Assembly: GCA_965203325.1 (NCBI GenBank)
Contig: OZ241875.1
Span: 4,128,001 to 4,192,000, forward strand
Length of the DNA stretch: 64,000 nt
DNA from: a bacterium
Lineage (GTDB): Bacteria > UBA8248
Direction of reading: 5' to 3'
Under the pieces are notes generated by a model, which was not told the origin of the DNA, ran no database searches, and saw only the letters and a list, made by a program, of their open reading frames with translations. Positions within the stretch are counted from its first letter, which is position 1; every line of letters begins with the position of its first letter. The translations under genes were made by a program, and so were the position numbers. This document shows positions 54,112-64,000 of this stretch, one piece after another.

Positions 54112-56764
54112 TCTCCTCATTATCGCGGCGCTCATTCTGGCGGGGTCCGCCCTCGCGCCGTTATCCCTGGTTCGGGCGCAATTCAAGGAAACCCCGCAGT
54201 CTCATCTCGAATTCGGCCTGAACACCTACCGGGACGGGTTTTACGAGCCTGCGATTGACGCCTTCCGGGCCTACCTCAAAGGAGCGGGCAACAGCAAGGC
54301 GGCTTCGATCGTGCGTTATCTCCTCGCCGAGGCGCTGCGTCGCGATGATCGGCCGGGAGAGGCCATCGCCGCGTATCAGGCGTTCGTGAACCGGTATCCC
54401 CGCCACGAAAGGGCCGGCGAGGTTCAGTTTCGAATCGGCGTGCTCGCCGAGCAGATCGGAGACAGGAAGGGGGCGATCCGCGCCTATTCTTCCGTAAAGC
54501 CGGGGCGCTACCGGATAGAGGCCGTCTACCGGGTCGCCGCGCTCAGGCTGGCGAAGCGCGAGTGGCGGGGCGCGGTCGCCGCGCTCGATGAATTCATCAA
54601 GTCGGCGCCCAAGGACCCCCGCGCGGAAGATGCCCTCTTCGAGCGGGCCATCGCCCTGGATCACATACCGCTGATCAAAGAGGCCGAGAAGGCGTACAGT
54701 CTGGTCGTGCGCCGTTTCCCGCGCAACCCGCGGGCGCATGCCTTCAGGCTGCGTCTGGCGAAATTGCAGTTGCAACTCAAGAAGTTCGGTTCGGCGGAGA
54801 AGACGTTTGATTCCTTGTTTCAGGGACAGCCCGGAGAGAAAAAACGCGCCGACCTGAGACTGGGGCAAGCCGCGAGTCTTTTTGCGCAGAAGAAATACCC
54901 CGAGGCGGGTGCGGCATTCGAGGCCGTTCTGGGCATGAAACTTTCAGAATCACAGCGCGTGACGGCGGAGCGGGGCCTGGCCACTTCCTGGTGGCGCGCC
55001 GGTGAATACGCGAGGGCCGCGCCGGCCTATCAACGCTTGATTCGGGAGCCGGTCAGGGACGGGGCCTATCTCCTGTTTTTCCTGCAAAGCGTCGAAAAAG
55101 CGGGGCTCTGTGGGGAGGGGGGTAAAAAATATCTCGCCTTTGCGCTCGACGCTATCGGCAAAGGCGCGCCGCTGCCTTCTTCTTCACGTTTCCGGATGGC
55201 GGATTGCCTGCTCGGCGCGGGCTTGCAGAAAGAGGCGTTGGGCCAATACGGCGAACTCATCCGGAGCGCGCCGAACACGCGCGAGGCGGTGTGGTCCGGG
55301 CTGCGCTTGGCCGACCTGCTCGAAAAAGAGCCTGAGCGGAACACGCAAAAACTTCTCGAGCGGTATGGGCAGGTATTGGCGTCGTTCGAGGGGCTCAGAA
55401 AATCGGAGAAAAAAATCGAGCCCGAACTCATGCGGGCCGTATATCAGGGTGTTCTGTGGGCGGCGTTCATCCACAACGCACGAAAGGATTGCGCCCGGTC
55501 CGTCGCCCTGGTGAAAGTGGTTCCCGAGGCGTATGTCCCTCAGGCCTTGCGCGCGGAGGTGGCCTTCCTGAGCGCCGAGTGCGCGTGGAAAGCCGCCAGG
55601 TTCGATGAGGCGGGCGCGTATTATCGCCGGGTCGTCCCCGGCGGGAGACGCCCCGAACTCAACATCCGGGCGCGGTATCGACTGGGCGAGTTGGCCGAGA
55701 GGCACGGCGACCATAAAGAGGCCTTGAAGCGTTTTCAGGGCGTTTTGCCGCATCTTCCCGAAAAATTACAGCGCGAGGCGCGCCTGAAGATCGGCAACCT
55801 GTATCGCGCGCAAGGCGATTTGCAGAAAGCGCAGGATTTTCTCCTCCCGCTTGCAGGCGATGAGACGGTGAGTGCTCCGAGGAGGCGTTCGATCTGGTAC
55901 TTTCTGGCGCGAAATGCCGTCAGCGCGCGGGACTGGAAAGGCGCGGATGCGGCCTTCTCGTCCTGGGACGCGCTCGACCCGCCCGAGCCCGGCGAGGGAC
56001 TCGGACTGTGGGCGCTCGTGTTGTTCGAGCGAAAAGACTGTGGCCGCGCCGTGAAGACGTCCGCGCGGGCGCTTCAGCATCAGAGGACGAAGAACGAGAA
56101 GTTGGCATTACACCGGCACCGGGCGTCGTGTTTCCTCAAACAGGACAATTTGAGGGAATTCGCAGGGGCGCTTCGCCATATTCGCACCCTTGCCCCTCAG
56201 AATTCGGATGTGGCCCTGAGGCTGGGGGAAGCCTTCGAGAACCTAGGAGATAACGACAAGGCCGCGAAAGCCTATGCCGATTTTCTGGGCAAATTCCCTG
56301 GAAACGGCAAAGCGGGTATGGTGGCCTTGCGGCTTGGTACGATTGAGCTGGGGAGAAAACGGCCCGGAGCGGCGTTGGCTGCTTTTCGAATCGCCGCAAA
56401 ATCGAATGACGGGAACATTTCCGGTCCCGCCCGGTTCCAAATCGCGATGCGGTTCGAGGAAGAGGGGGAATGGAACAAGGCGCTCGATATCTTCGAGTCG
56501 TTGATGCGCTCGGGTCCGGGCCATCGGGAGTGGGTGCGCTCGGCGGCCTGGCGCGCGGCGGCGATTCGTGAATCGCGCCGGGAGTGGGAGAAGGCGATCG
56601 GCCATTACCGAAGCATTGCGGCGCTCGAAAACGGGCGGGTTTCGACGCGGATGGGAGAAGAAATCAAGAAGGCGAGATTAAGGATTCGCAGGCTTGAGTC
56701 TTACCTGGCTTCGGTCAAGGAGCGCGAATGGAAAATGAACAACCAAAAGCCGATGCTTCGATGA
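54101..56764 (+). CDS. Large exported TPR-repeat protein
   Basis: Signal peptide; many BamD/CpoB-type TPRs (..F..RYP). Confidence 0.85.
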   Translation: MRRSLLIIAALILAGSALAPLSLVRAQFKETPQSHLEFGLNTYRDGFYEPAIDAFRAYLKGAGNSKAASIVRYLLAEALRRDDRPGEAIAAYQAFVNRYPRHERAGEVQFRIGVLAEQIGDRKGAIRAYSSVKPGRYRIEAVYRVAALRLAKREWRGAVAALDEFIKSAPKDPRAEDALFERAIALDHIPLIKEAEKAYSLVVRRFPRNPRAHAFRLRLAKLQLQLKKFGSAEKTFDSLFQGQPGEKKRADLRLGQAASLFAQKKYPEAGAAFEAVLGMKLSESQRVTAERGLATSWWRAGEYARAAPAYQRLIREPVRDGAYLLFFLQSVEKAGLCGEGGKKYLAFALDAIGKGAPLPSSSRFRMADCLLGAGLQKEALGQYGELIRSAPNTREAVWSGLRLADLLEKEPERNTQKLLERYGQVLASFEGLRKSEKKIEPELMRAVYQGVLWAAFIHNARKDCARSVALVKVVPEAYVPQALRAEVAFLSAECAWKAARFDEAGAYYRRVVPGGRRPELNIRARYRLGELAERHGDHKEALKRFQGVLPHLPEKLQREARLKIGNLYRAQGDLQKAQDFLLPLAGDETVSAPRRRSIWYFLARNAVSARDWKGADAAFSSWDALDPPEPGEGLGLWALVLFERKDCGRAVKTSARALQHQRTKNEKLALHRHRASCFLKQDNLREFAGALRHIRTLAPQNSDVALRLGEAFENLGDNDKAAKAYADFLGKFPGNGKAGMVALRLGTIELGRKRPGAALAAFRIAAKSNDGNISGPARFQIAMRFEEEGEWNKALDIFESLMRSGPGHREWVRSAAWRAAAIRESRREWEKAIGHYRSIAALENGRVSTRMGEEIKKARLRIRRLESYLASVKEREWKMNNQKPMLR

Positions 56765-56771
56765 GGGATGA

Positions 56772-59700
56772 ATGATGCGGCTTCCGGCGTATGATATGCG
56801 GCGCAAGCTTCTCCTCGGCCTGGCGGCGATATGCCTTGGTTGGCCGGGTGCGGAAAATCATGCGTCGGCGCAGGGAAAAAGCGCCGCCGGCGGGGAGCAA
56901 CTCACCATTTCCCTGCCGGAAGTCGTGGTGGAATCGCCCAGCATCGAGCATCTCATCGCTGCCCGCGTGCGGCCCGTGCCCCCCAAGCGACTGGGCGTTC
57001 GCCTTCCCCCCGTATTCATCAAGCTCGAAGCTCCATCGATTCGCCTGCCCGCCCGCCCGATTCCGGTTGAGAAAAAACCGGACCAGGATTTGACGCTGTA
57101 CTTCGGGAGTTCGTCGGATGATTTTGTCAGCGAGAGTGAACATTTCAACACGGCGTACGCCTATCTGCGCAAGGGCTCGCCCGTAGAGGCGCTCGTTCTT
57201 TTCGATGCTTTGGCGAATAAAACGAAGCTTCATTTTTGGCGCGCGGCGGCGCTCTACTGGGCGGGAGAGACGCTTCTGGATTTAAGAAAACCTCAGGAGG
57301 CGAGGGTTAGAAGAGAGAGGTTGTCGAGCCTGCTGCTGGCCGACGGTCTGGACTATGGGGCGGCCGCAAGATACGCCCTGGCGCAAGAGCGTTGCGAGGC
57401 GCGTGACTACGAGGGGTGTCTCGGTCTGCTGGAGGGGGGATCGTGGGAAAAAGGAAGCTTCGCCTATGAAGAGGCGATTTTCCTGAAAGGCTGGGCGCAG
57501 GCGAAAGCGGGCGCCGTCGATGAGGCGATCGAGACCTGGACGATGCTTGCGAACGTGAAGGGGCGGCTGACGTTTCAGTCCCGCGTGGCGCTCGGGCATA
57601 TCCATCTCCAAAGAGGAGATTACGCCCGGGCGGAAAAACGCTATGCGGCCGCCGAAGCGCTCGCCTCCGGCGAAGGCAAGCCTGACGAGGCGCTTCAGGG
57701 AGAAGCGTTGTACGGCATCGGGTGGACGCGATTGTTCCTGGGCCGGGTCGAGGAGGCGAAGCGCGCTTTTTCTCTCTTCATGCGCGATCACCCGAAACAT
57801 CTCCTCGAGGTTTTCGTACACGCGGGTTTGCTTTCCGCTGAAATCGAGTCGATCCGGAAATCCCGGAAAGGGTTGAAAGCGTTGAAAACCCGCCTTTCGG
57901 GATTTTCCCGCGCCAATCGCCGGAAAACGCTCGCCGGCGCTTTGCGCCTGCAACTGGCCTGGAAGTTGTTCCGAATTGGGGTGTATGAAGAAGCGTCCGT
58001 TCTGGCGGGCAAGGTAAGCGATGAGTTCCCGCTCGGCAGAATCTATCGCATCGCGAGAATCGTGGAGGGCCTCTCTCGATACCACCTCGGAAAAGTGAAG
58101 CGCGCCTACGGGATTCTGCGGCAGGGCGCGGATTACCCGCCGGTTTCCGCTCATCGGCTGGCGGAGCAGGATGCCGCCCGTTCTGCGGCGATGGGGACGG
58201 CTTTCGCCGCATTCAGGCTCCGGGATTTCAAGGGCGCTTTGAATGTGCTGAAGCATTGGGTTTTCCTGCCGGAGAGAGGTTCCGCGGTTTCGCCGGATGG
58301 GCTGGCCATGTTGTGGTATGGGGAGGCGGCCTTCGAATTGGGCCGTCTCGATGAGGCGGCCCGCGCCTTCCGGGCGGTTCCCGAGCGGACGCCCGAGTAT
58401 TACCGCGCCCTGGGAGGACTCGCGTGGGTCCAGTACCGGAAGATGAACTGGAAAGAAGCGGCGCTCGCCTTCGACCGCGTTTTCGAGCATAAGCCGGGGG
58501 GCGTCCTGGCGGCCGAAGCTCTCGCTCGCGCGGGAGAGGCCCGCTTCAACCTCAGAAACTACGACGGCGCCCTGCAATCTTTCGAAAGCATAGAGAAGAA
58601 ATACAGAGGCAGCGACGTGGCCAAAGAGGCGTTGTACCAGAAGGCGAAACTGCTATTCAGGCGCAGTCGTTTCGATGCGGCGGAGGAGAACCTTCATGTC
58701 TTCTTGAAGCGCTACCCCAAAAGCAAGGAGGTGGCCGAGGTACAATATATTCTGGCGCTGATTCCCTTCCGCAAAGGCGATTACTCCCTGGCGCGGGAGA
58801 AACTTCTTGAGTTTCGCGAAACATATAGAGATTCCTCCCGGGTGGGCGAAGCGTATTTGCGCCAAGCCGACGCATCATACAATGAAGGTCGCTACAGGGA
58901 GGCGAACCGGTTATATCGCCTTATGATGAACGGGTATCCCTCTCACCCGAAGTTCTCCGAAGCCGTCTATGGCCGTTTGCTCACCCACCTTCAACTCGGG
59001 GAGTATGCGAAATTCTTGTCGGGCGCGCGTGCGTATGTTGACCGGTATCCGGAGAGCAACCTGAGCATTTCCCTGGCTTTTCAAATCGGCGAGGTTTTGC
59101 TCACGCAGCGGAACACTGCAGGCGCCTTGAGGGCCTACAAGGATGTCATCGCGCAATACCCGCAAAACCAGCTGGCCGCTCATGCCCTCTTGAGGATAGC
59201 GGGCATATATCGAAGCGAGAAAGATATCGACAAGGCCCTTGATTCATATGAGACTTTGTTGACCCGGTATCCGGCGGGCGGTTTCCGCGCCGATGGGCTG
59301 TTCGCCGTCGGGGAAACCTTGGCCGGCATCGGGCGGTGCGCGGAGGCGAAGCAAAGGCTGACGGAATTCCTGAAGACGTATCCGGGCCATGACTATGAAA
59401 TGCTGGCTCGATTCGCTCTGGGGCGCTGCCTGGTTCGGCTGGCCGAGGACCGCGCGGCGCTCTCTCACTTTGCGATGATCGTGAACAGTGAATTCGCGGG
59501 CGTGGATTTGCGCAGTCAATCCGCGCTCCTGGCGGCCGGGCTGTACAGGAAGCGAAGAAAATACGCCGATGCGCAGCGTGCGCTGGGCTTCGCCGTCGAT
59601 TATGGAGCGCCGGAACTGGCGGCGGAGGCGTTCTTCGCGCACGCCCGGATATTCTCCGAGCGGAGAGAGCCGGGCGCGGCGGCAGAGTACTTGAAGTTGA

Positions 59701-59906
59701 CCTATCGATACCCGGATCAGAAAATATGGGTGGCGCGGGCGTTGGGGCGGGCAGGTGAGTTGTATGAAAAAGCGGGGAAACGAAAGCTCGCCCTCCGGGT
59801 GTACCGGAAGCTGAGCAAAGTGGCGGAAGATACCGCATGGAAGCGGAAAGCTCGAATCGCCATCAGGCGAATTACGAAACAAACCAGGAAGCGTGCGCGG
59901 CAGTGA
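56772..59906 (+). CDS. Large exported TPR-repeat protein with Pro-rich N-terminus
   Basis: Signal peptide (ASA), Pro-rich segment, many TPRs. Confidence 0.85.
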   Translation: MMRLPAYDMRRKLLLGLAAICLGWPGAENHASAQGKSAAGGEQLTISLPEVVVESPSIEHLIAARVRPVPPKRLGVRLPPVFIKLEAPSIRLPARPIPVEKKPDQDLTLYFGSSSDDFVSESEHFNTAYAYLRKGSPVEALVLFDALANKTKLHFWRAAALYWAGETLLDLRKPQEARVRRERLSSLLLADGLDYGAAARYALAQERCEARDYEGCLGLLEGGSWEKGSFAYEEAIFLKGWAQAKAGAVDEAIETWTMLANVKGRLTFQSRVALGHIHLQRGDYARAEKRYAAAEALASGEGKPDEALQGEALYGIGWTRLFLGRVEEAKRAFSLFMRDHPKHLLEVFVHAGLLSAEIESIRKSRKGLKALKTRLSGFSRANRRKTLAGALRLQLAWKLFRIGVYEEASVLAGKVSDEFPLGRIYRIARIVEGLSRYHLGKVKRAYGILRQGADYPPVSAHRLAEQDAARSAAMGTAFAAFRLRDFKGALNVLKHWVFLPERGSAVSPDGLAMLWYGEAAFELGRLDEAARAFRAVPERTPEYYRALGGLAWVQYRKMNWKEAALAFDRVFEHKPGGVLAAEALARAGEARFNLRNYDGALQSFESIEKKYRGSDVAKEALYQKAKLLFRRSRFDAAEENLHVFLKRYPKSKEVAEVQYILALIPFRKGDYSLAREKLLEFRETYRDSSRVGEAYLRQADASYNEGRYREANRLYRLMMNGYPSHPKFSEAVYGRLLTHLQLGEYAKFLSGARAYVDRYPESNLSISLAFQIGEVLLTQRNTAGALRAYKDVIAQYPQNQLAAHALLRIAGIYRSEKDIDKALDSYETLLTRYPAGGFRADGLFAVGETLAGIGRCAEAKQRLTEFLKTYPGHDYEMLARFALGRCLVRLAEDRAALSHFAMIVNSEFAGVDLRSQSALLAAGLYRKRRKYADAQRALGFAVDYGAPELAAEAFFAHARIFSERREPGAAAEYLKLTYRYPDQKIWVARALGRAGELYEKAGKRKLALRVYRKLSKVAEDTAWKRKARIAIRRITKQTRKRARQ

Positions 59907-59943
59907 TAATCGAAGGCTCACACTAACTCAAAGGTGGGTGTTG

Positions 59944-60543
59944 ATGTTTGAATTTTTGGCCAGAGGCGGGGTGTTGATGATTCCGTTGGGTGTTTGCTCC
60001 ATCTTGGCCTTGGCCATTGTCCTGGAGCGGACCCTGAATCTACGCACCAGGAAAATCATTCAACTCGATATATTGCAGCAGGTCCGGGATCTGGTTGCGG
60101 AGAACCAAGTGTCCGACGCCATAACCCTTTGCCGGCGCTATCCTTCGGTCATGGGCAGGATACTGCTCGTTACGATAGCGAATCACGACAGAAATCGGGA
60201 AGAACTCCGCTCCGTCGTGGAGGATGCGGGCAGACAGGAAGTTACTACGCTCGACAAAAATCTGGGCGCCTTGGGAACGATCGCCGCCATATCGCCGCTC
60301 ATCGGGCTGACGGGTACGGTTTTCGGCATGATTCGCACCTTCGCCATCATCAGCGAGAAGGGGATTGCTCACCCGAGCCAACTCGCGGGCGGCATCTACG
60401 AAGCGCTCATCACGACGGCGACCGGACTCGTCATCGCCATACCCACGCTCATTTTCTACAACTATTTCACCAACAAGGCGGACCGCCTCATCCTGGAAAT
60501 CGAAAAGCACTCCTACCGGGTCGTCGAGACGCTGAAGAGGTGA
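59944..60543 (+). CDS. exbB: MotA/TolQ/ExbB proton channel protein
   Basis: SPLIGLTGTVFGMI, LAGGIYEALITTATGL. Confidence 0.9.
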   Translation: MFEFLARGGVLMIPLGVCSILALAIVLERTLNLRTRKIIQLDILQQVRDLVAENQVSDAITLCRRYPSVMGRILLVTIANHDRNREELRSVVEDAGRQEVTTLDKNLGALGTIAAISPLIGLTGTVFGMIRTFAIISEKGIAHPSQLAGGIYEALITTATGLVIAIPTLIFYNYFTNKADRLILEIEKHSYRVVETLKR

Positions 60544-60550
60544 GCGAGCG

Positions 60551-60976
60551 ATGAAATTTCGAGACATCAGGCGCGTGCGGGCCGAACCCGGCATGACGGC
60601 CATGATCGACATCATCTTCCTGCTGCTTCTGTTCTTTGTCCTGAGTTCTTCATTCGTTCTGCAGCCGGGCGTCAAGGTGGAGTTGCCGCGTACCGTCACG
60701 CAGGAACACCCCGTCCGCAAGGATTTGATACTCATCATTTCGCGTGATGAAAGGGTGTTTTTGAATAACGATCAGGTCCCCCTGAAATCGCTCTGGGGCC
60801 GGTTGATAGAAGAGTTGAAGGTGCAGCCGGAGGGCCTGATCATCATTCGGGCGGACAAGGGCGTACCGCACGGGATGGTCGTGCAGGTGATGGATATCGC
60901 CAAGCAGGCGGGTGCCCTGCGTATGTCGATTGCGACGGCGCCGACGAAACGGGTGCAGAAAAAGACAACGAAATAG
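60551..60976 (+). CDS. exbD: ExbD/TolR family protein
   Basis: MIDIIFLLLLFF with conserved Asp; IRADK..PHG.VV.VMD. Confidence 0.9.
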   Translation: MKFRDIRRVRAEPGMTAMIDIIFLLLLFFVLSSSFVLQPGVKVELPRTVTQEHPVRKDLILIISRDERVFLNNDQVPLKSLWGRLIEELKVQPEGLIIIRADKGVPHGMVVQVMDIAKQAGALRMSIATAPTKRVQKKTTK

Positions 60977-61001
60977 CCCGAGGGAGGCCGGCTCGAAGAC
61001 C

Positions 61002-61847
61002 ATGAGTTTTTCACTTATCCTGACGATCCTGGTTTCCATCGCCATTCATATGGGATTGATTCTGCTCGGCCCTGCTGTAACGCTGGGCCCGATATTCGCC
61101 GGACAAGCCGAAAGAATGGAAGTCGATCTCGTGCGCCGCGAGATTCCCATTCCCGAAGCGCTGCTGCCGAAGGTGCTGCCCGAAGTTCCCCTGCCGGAAC
61201 CGCTTGATTTGAGCCGTATGCTTCAAAAGCGCCCCTTGGGCGATCGGGACCTGAACCTGGACGTGAAGACGAAGTTCGCAGCGCCCGATCCGGGGGAGTT
61301 GCCCGAGAGCGAGCCGCTGCCCGACGCCCCGGCTTTGGAAATGCCGAAACCGGTGCTTGCGCCCGGCGAGATACCCTCGATGGGCGCTTTGCAGGCGGGC
61401 GGGGCGCTGGACGAAATCGTTTTGCCGGTAGATGAAAAGGCAAAGGCAGGAGAATCAAGGGGTTTGAAGCGCAGGAAAAAGGTGGCACTGCCGAGTTCCG
61501 AAGCGGACCGGAAAATGCTGGAGCAATTATCGCGCCTGAATTTCTCCCGCTCCGACAGCCAGAAGGGGCGGACCAACATCGCGGGGCCGGCGGCGAGGCG
61601 GAGAATCCTGTTTCAGCCCAAACCCCCGAAACTCGAGAGGCTCGAGAGCACGACGGAGATCGTGCTGAAGTTCTGGGTGTTGCCCGACGGCACCGTCGGC
61701 CGCGTCATTCCGACCAGAAAGGCGAGCGCCTACCTCGAGGGTCTGGCCTCGAACCACCTGAAGCGCTGGCGTTTCAGTCCGCTTCCTCCGGGCTCCGAGG
61801 ACAAGGAGCAATGGGGCGAGATCGCCTTCCGTTTCCTTTTACGCTGA
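61002..61847 (+). CDS. TonB-family energy transducer
   Basis: TM with SxxxH, Pro-rich linker, TonB_C (FWVLPDGTV...WRFSP). Confidence 0.85.
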   Translation: MSFSLILTILVSIAIHMGLILLGPAVTLGPIFAGQAERMEVDLVRREIPIPEALLPKVLPEVPLPEPLDLSRMLQKRPLGDRDLNLDVKTKFAAPDPGELPESEPLPDAPALEMPKPVLAPGEIPSMGALQAGGALDEIVLPVDEKAKAGESRGLKRRKKVALPSSEADRKMLEQLSRLNFSRSDSQKGRTNIAGPAARRRILFQPKPPKLERLESTTEIVLKFWVLPDGTVGRVIPTRKASAYLEGLASNHLKRWRFSPLPPGSEDKEQWGEIAFRFLLR

Positions 61848-61857
61848 GGAGTGTGTC

Positions 61858-62316
61858 TTGGAATACGAAACTACAGGCTTGTTTTATGAGGAATTCGAAG
61901 AGGGCAGGGCGTGGAAGACCGCCGCGCGCACGATAGGCGAGTCCGACGTCAACGCCTTCTCCGCCCTGACGGGCGATTACACCTATCTGCACACCGATGC
62001 GGAGGCGGCGGCCAGGACGCCTTTCGGAGAAAGGGTGGGCCACGGATTGCTCGGGCTTTCCTTTCTCATGGGTCTGGTGACGAGGCTCGGCATCGTCGAG
62101 GGGACGGTCGAGGCGTTCCTGGGCGTGGACTGGCGCTTTCGCGGTCCGATCCGCTTCGACGATACGATCTCGGGCGAGGTCGTCGTGAAATCGAGGCGCA
62201 TCTCGAGCAAGGGGCAGGGGATTGTGACGCTCGCCCTGACGCTCCTGAACCAGCGCGGTGAGCGCATTCACGAGGGCGACGTCACCATCATGGTGGAGCG
62301 GAAGGAAAAGGAATAA
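61858..62316 (+). CDS. MaoC/PaaZ-family dehydratase
   Basis: FSALTGD...LHTD...FGERVGHG hot-dog motif. Confidence 0.9.
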   Translation: MEYETTGLFYEEFEEGRAWKTAARTIGESDVNAFSALTGDYTYLHTDAEAAARTPFGERVGHGLLGLSFLMGLVTRLGIVEGTVEAFLGVDWRFRGPIRFDDTISGEVVVKSRRISSKGQGIVTLALTLLNQRGERIHEGDVTIMVERKEKE

Positions 62317-62493
62317 TTCCTGTTATCTTTTTTTTATTAGTTAGATAGACTGATTATCCGAATGTATCTCTGGAAGTCAGGCGACACGTAATTCTCCGCA
62401 GGTCACCGGAGGGGAAAGGCTGGTTTTCGGGCCGTTCGCAATTGTTCCCGTCTCGATTCGCCATCGCTTTGTCTGGCTAGGGAGGAGACGCCG

Positions 62494-63522
62494 ATGCGCG
62501 CCGTGGTTCTGCATGAATGGGGAGGCCCCCTGACGCTCGAAACGGTGCCCGACCCGGCGCCGGGCCACGGGGAGGTCGTGCTGCGCGTGCATGCGTGTGC
62601 GCCGGATCAGTTCGACGTGACCATCCGTGCGGGCCGGATCGGCGGAAAGCTGCCCCTCATCATGGGCCACGAGATCGCGGGCGAGGTGGCCGCACTCGGG
62701 CCGGGCGTCGAGGGATGGGCCGAGGGCGACCGCGCGGTCGTCCACGCCTATCTCACCTGCGGGCGGTGCCGCTTTTGCCGGCTCGGCCGGGTGACGCTGT
62801 GCGAGAATTTCCGGGGTTACTTCGGCGTGCACCAGGACGGCGGCTACGCTGAGTACGTGCGTGTGCCGGCGGGGAACCTGTGCGCCATTCCCGATGGCGT
62901 GGGCTACGCCGAGGCCACGACCATCGTGAGCCCGGTGGCGACCCCGCTCAAGGCGGTCAAGACGCGCGCGGGTGTGCGTCCGGGGGACGACGTGCTCATC
63001 GTCGGCGCCTGCGGCGGCGTGGGGATCCACGCCGTGCAGATCGCAAAAGCCTTCGGCGCGCGCGTCGTCGCGGTGGACATCGACGACGCCAAGCTCGCCC
63101 ACGCACGTGAGCTGGGCGCGGACCACGCGGTGAACGGCCTGAAGGAGGACTTCGCCGAGGTCGTGAGTGAGGTCACCGGCGGGGAGGGGGCGGACGCCGT
63201 GCTGGAGTTCGTCGGCACGGAGCAGACGCTTCCGAAGAGCTTCGCTTCGCTCGCGCGGACGGGCGTCCTCGTCGTCGTGGGCTTTCAGCCCGGAACCGTC
63301 TTCGCGAGCGACCCCACCCGCTTCGTGAACGACGAGATCACGGTAACGGGTTCTCGCTACGTGAATCACGCGGAATTGGCGGAGGCCGCCGACTGGGTCG
63401 GGGCGGGCCGGGTGAAGCCTGTCGTATCGAAGACGTACCCCCTGGCCGAGGTGGAACAAGCGCTGGCCGACCTCTCGGAAAACAAGGTGGTCGGCCGCGC
63501 GCCGGTTCTGATCGACGCGTGA
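62494..63522 (+). CDS. Zinc-dependent alcohol dehydrogenase (MDR)
   Basis: GHEIAG, CxxCxxC-x7-C structural Zn site, GACGGVG. Confidence 0.92.
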   Translation: MRAVVLHEWGGPLTLETVPDPAPGHGEVVLRVHACAPDQFDVTIRAGRIGGKLPLIMGHEIAGEVAALGPGVEGWAEGDRAVVHAYLTCGRCRFCRLGRVTLCENFRGYFGVHQDGGYAEYVRVPAGNLCAIPDGVGYAEATTIVSPVATPLKAVKTRAGVRPGDDVLIVGACGGVGIHAVQIAKAFGARVVAVDIDDAKLAHARELGADHAVNGLKEDFAEVVSEVTGGEGADAVLEFVGTEQTLPKSFASLARTGVLVVVGFQPGTVFASDPTRFVNDEITVTGSRYVNHAELAEAADWVGAGRVKPVVSKTYPLAEVEQALADLSENKVVGRAPVLIDA

Positions 63523-63544
63523 GGGCAAACGCGAGCGAGGAGGA

Positions 63545-63750
63545 GGTGTTGAAAAAGCTCCTTCGCCCTGAGCAGCGGCGAAGCCGCGTATCGAAGGGGC
63601 CTGTCCGAAACCCCCCATGCCTGCCCACATTCGATTTTGACTGTCATTCCGGCGGTGGGATTCCGTCCGGTCGAAGGGGTGTAGGGGTCGTTCGCGAACG
63701 ACCCCTACGAAAGCAAGACCTAAAAAACGCCATCTACAGCCGGAATGATG
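63545..63750. repeat. Mixed REP cluster
   Basis: GGTGTTGAAAAA end motif, CTTCGCCCTGAGC...TCGAAGGG, GTCATTCCGGC...GCCGGAATGA, perfect GTAGGGGTCGTTCGCGAACGACCCCTAC (63681-63708). Confidence 0.8.
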
Positions 63751-63796
63751 GGCGAAAGAGTATTACCAAGGGCTTGGTGCCGGTCCTTCACACTGA

Positions 63797-64000
63797 TTAC
63801 CCGATCGCCGGCGTCCAGTCATAAATCCGCTGCAGGGCGCCTCCCATGAGTTCCGCGCGCTCGGCATCCGTCAGGCGGTCCGTGAGGCGGAACGGCGCCA
63901 CGCCCTGCTCGTAGGTCAACAGATGGACCGCGCGCGTCCAGTCGGTGCCCCACAGGCAGCGGTCGAGGCCGAACGCATCGAAGACCCGGCAGAGCGGGTC
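63797..64000 (-). CDS. Amidohydrolase_2 family protein (3' end only)
   Basis: FDAFGLDRCLWGTDW...LMGG...IY C-terminal motif; runs off window end. Confidence 0.85.
   Translation of the reverse strand, partial: DPLCRVFDAFGLDRCLWGTDWTRAVHLLTYEQGVAPFRLTDRLTDAERAELMGGALQRIYDWTPAIG

Overview
Bacterial chromosomal window, mostly housekeeping, with Deltaproteobacteria/Nitrospinota-like gene order (inferred from synteny only). Left part: aroC (partial), nadX, a D-2-hydroxyacid dehydrogenase, ilvE, tRNA-Leu(CAA) and a DegT aminotransferase. A ~29 kb minus-strand run follows: the F0 genes atpZ-atpI-atpB-atpE, rex, tsaB, a doubled ilvB-ilvB-ilvN-ilvN cluster, psd-pssA, lptD, ugd, a UDP-glucuronate decarboxylase, gmhA, purBCSQLF, mltD, bamD, a sigma70 factor, pgsA and plsY. 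Right part: a very GC-rich katG, an MFS transporter, argH-lptM-lysA-dapF, an ECF sigma/anti-sigma/Spy-like cassette, dapB, a ferredoxin-membrane fusion, dapL-folK-panC, two giant TPR proteins with exbB-exbD-tonB, and catabolic genes, with REP/MITE-like palindromes in the intergenic gaps. The standout is an AT-rich islet (~49.45-51.2 kb). It has a strong sigma70-type promoter ahead of an unannotated 47-aa secreted four-cysteine micropeptide and a 255-aa lipoprotein whose mature part looks, by eye, like a bacterial gasdermin. This is a candidate exported, lipobox-anchored gasdermin-like pore system with no cognate protease in the window. Other leads: an Ile-rich leader peptide with alternative RNA helices upstream of ilvB, a FYVE-spaced Zn finger, a TonB-box-like motif on a TPR protein, and helically phased repeats upstream of katG. 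All homology calls are by eye; no searches were run.
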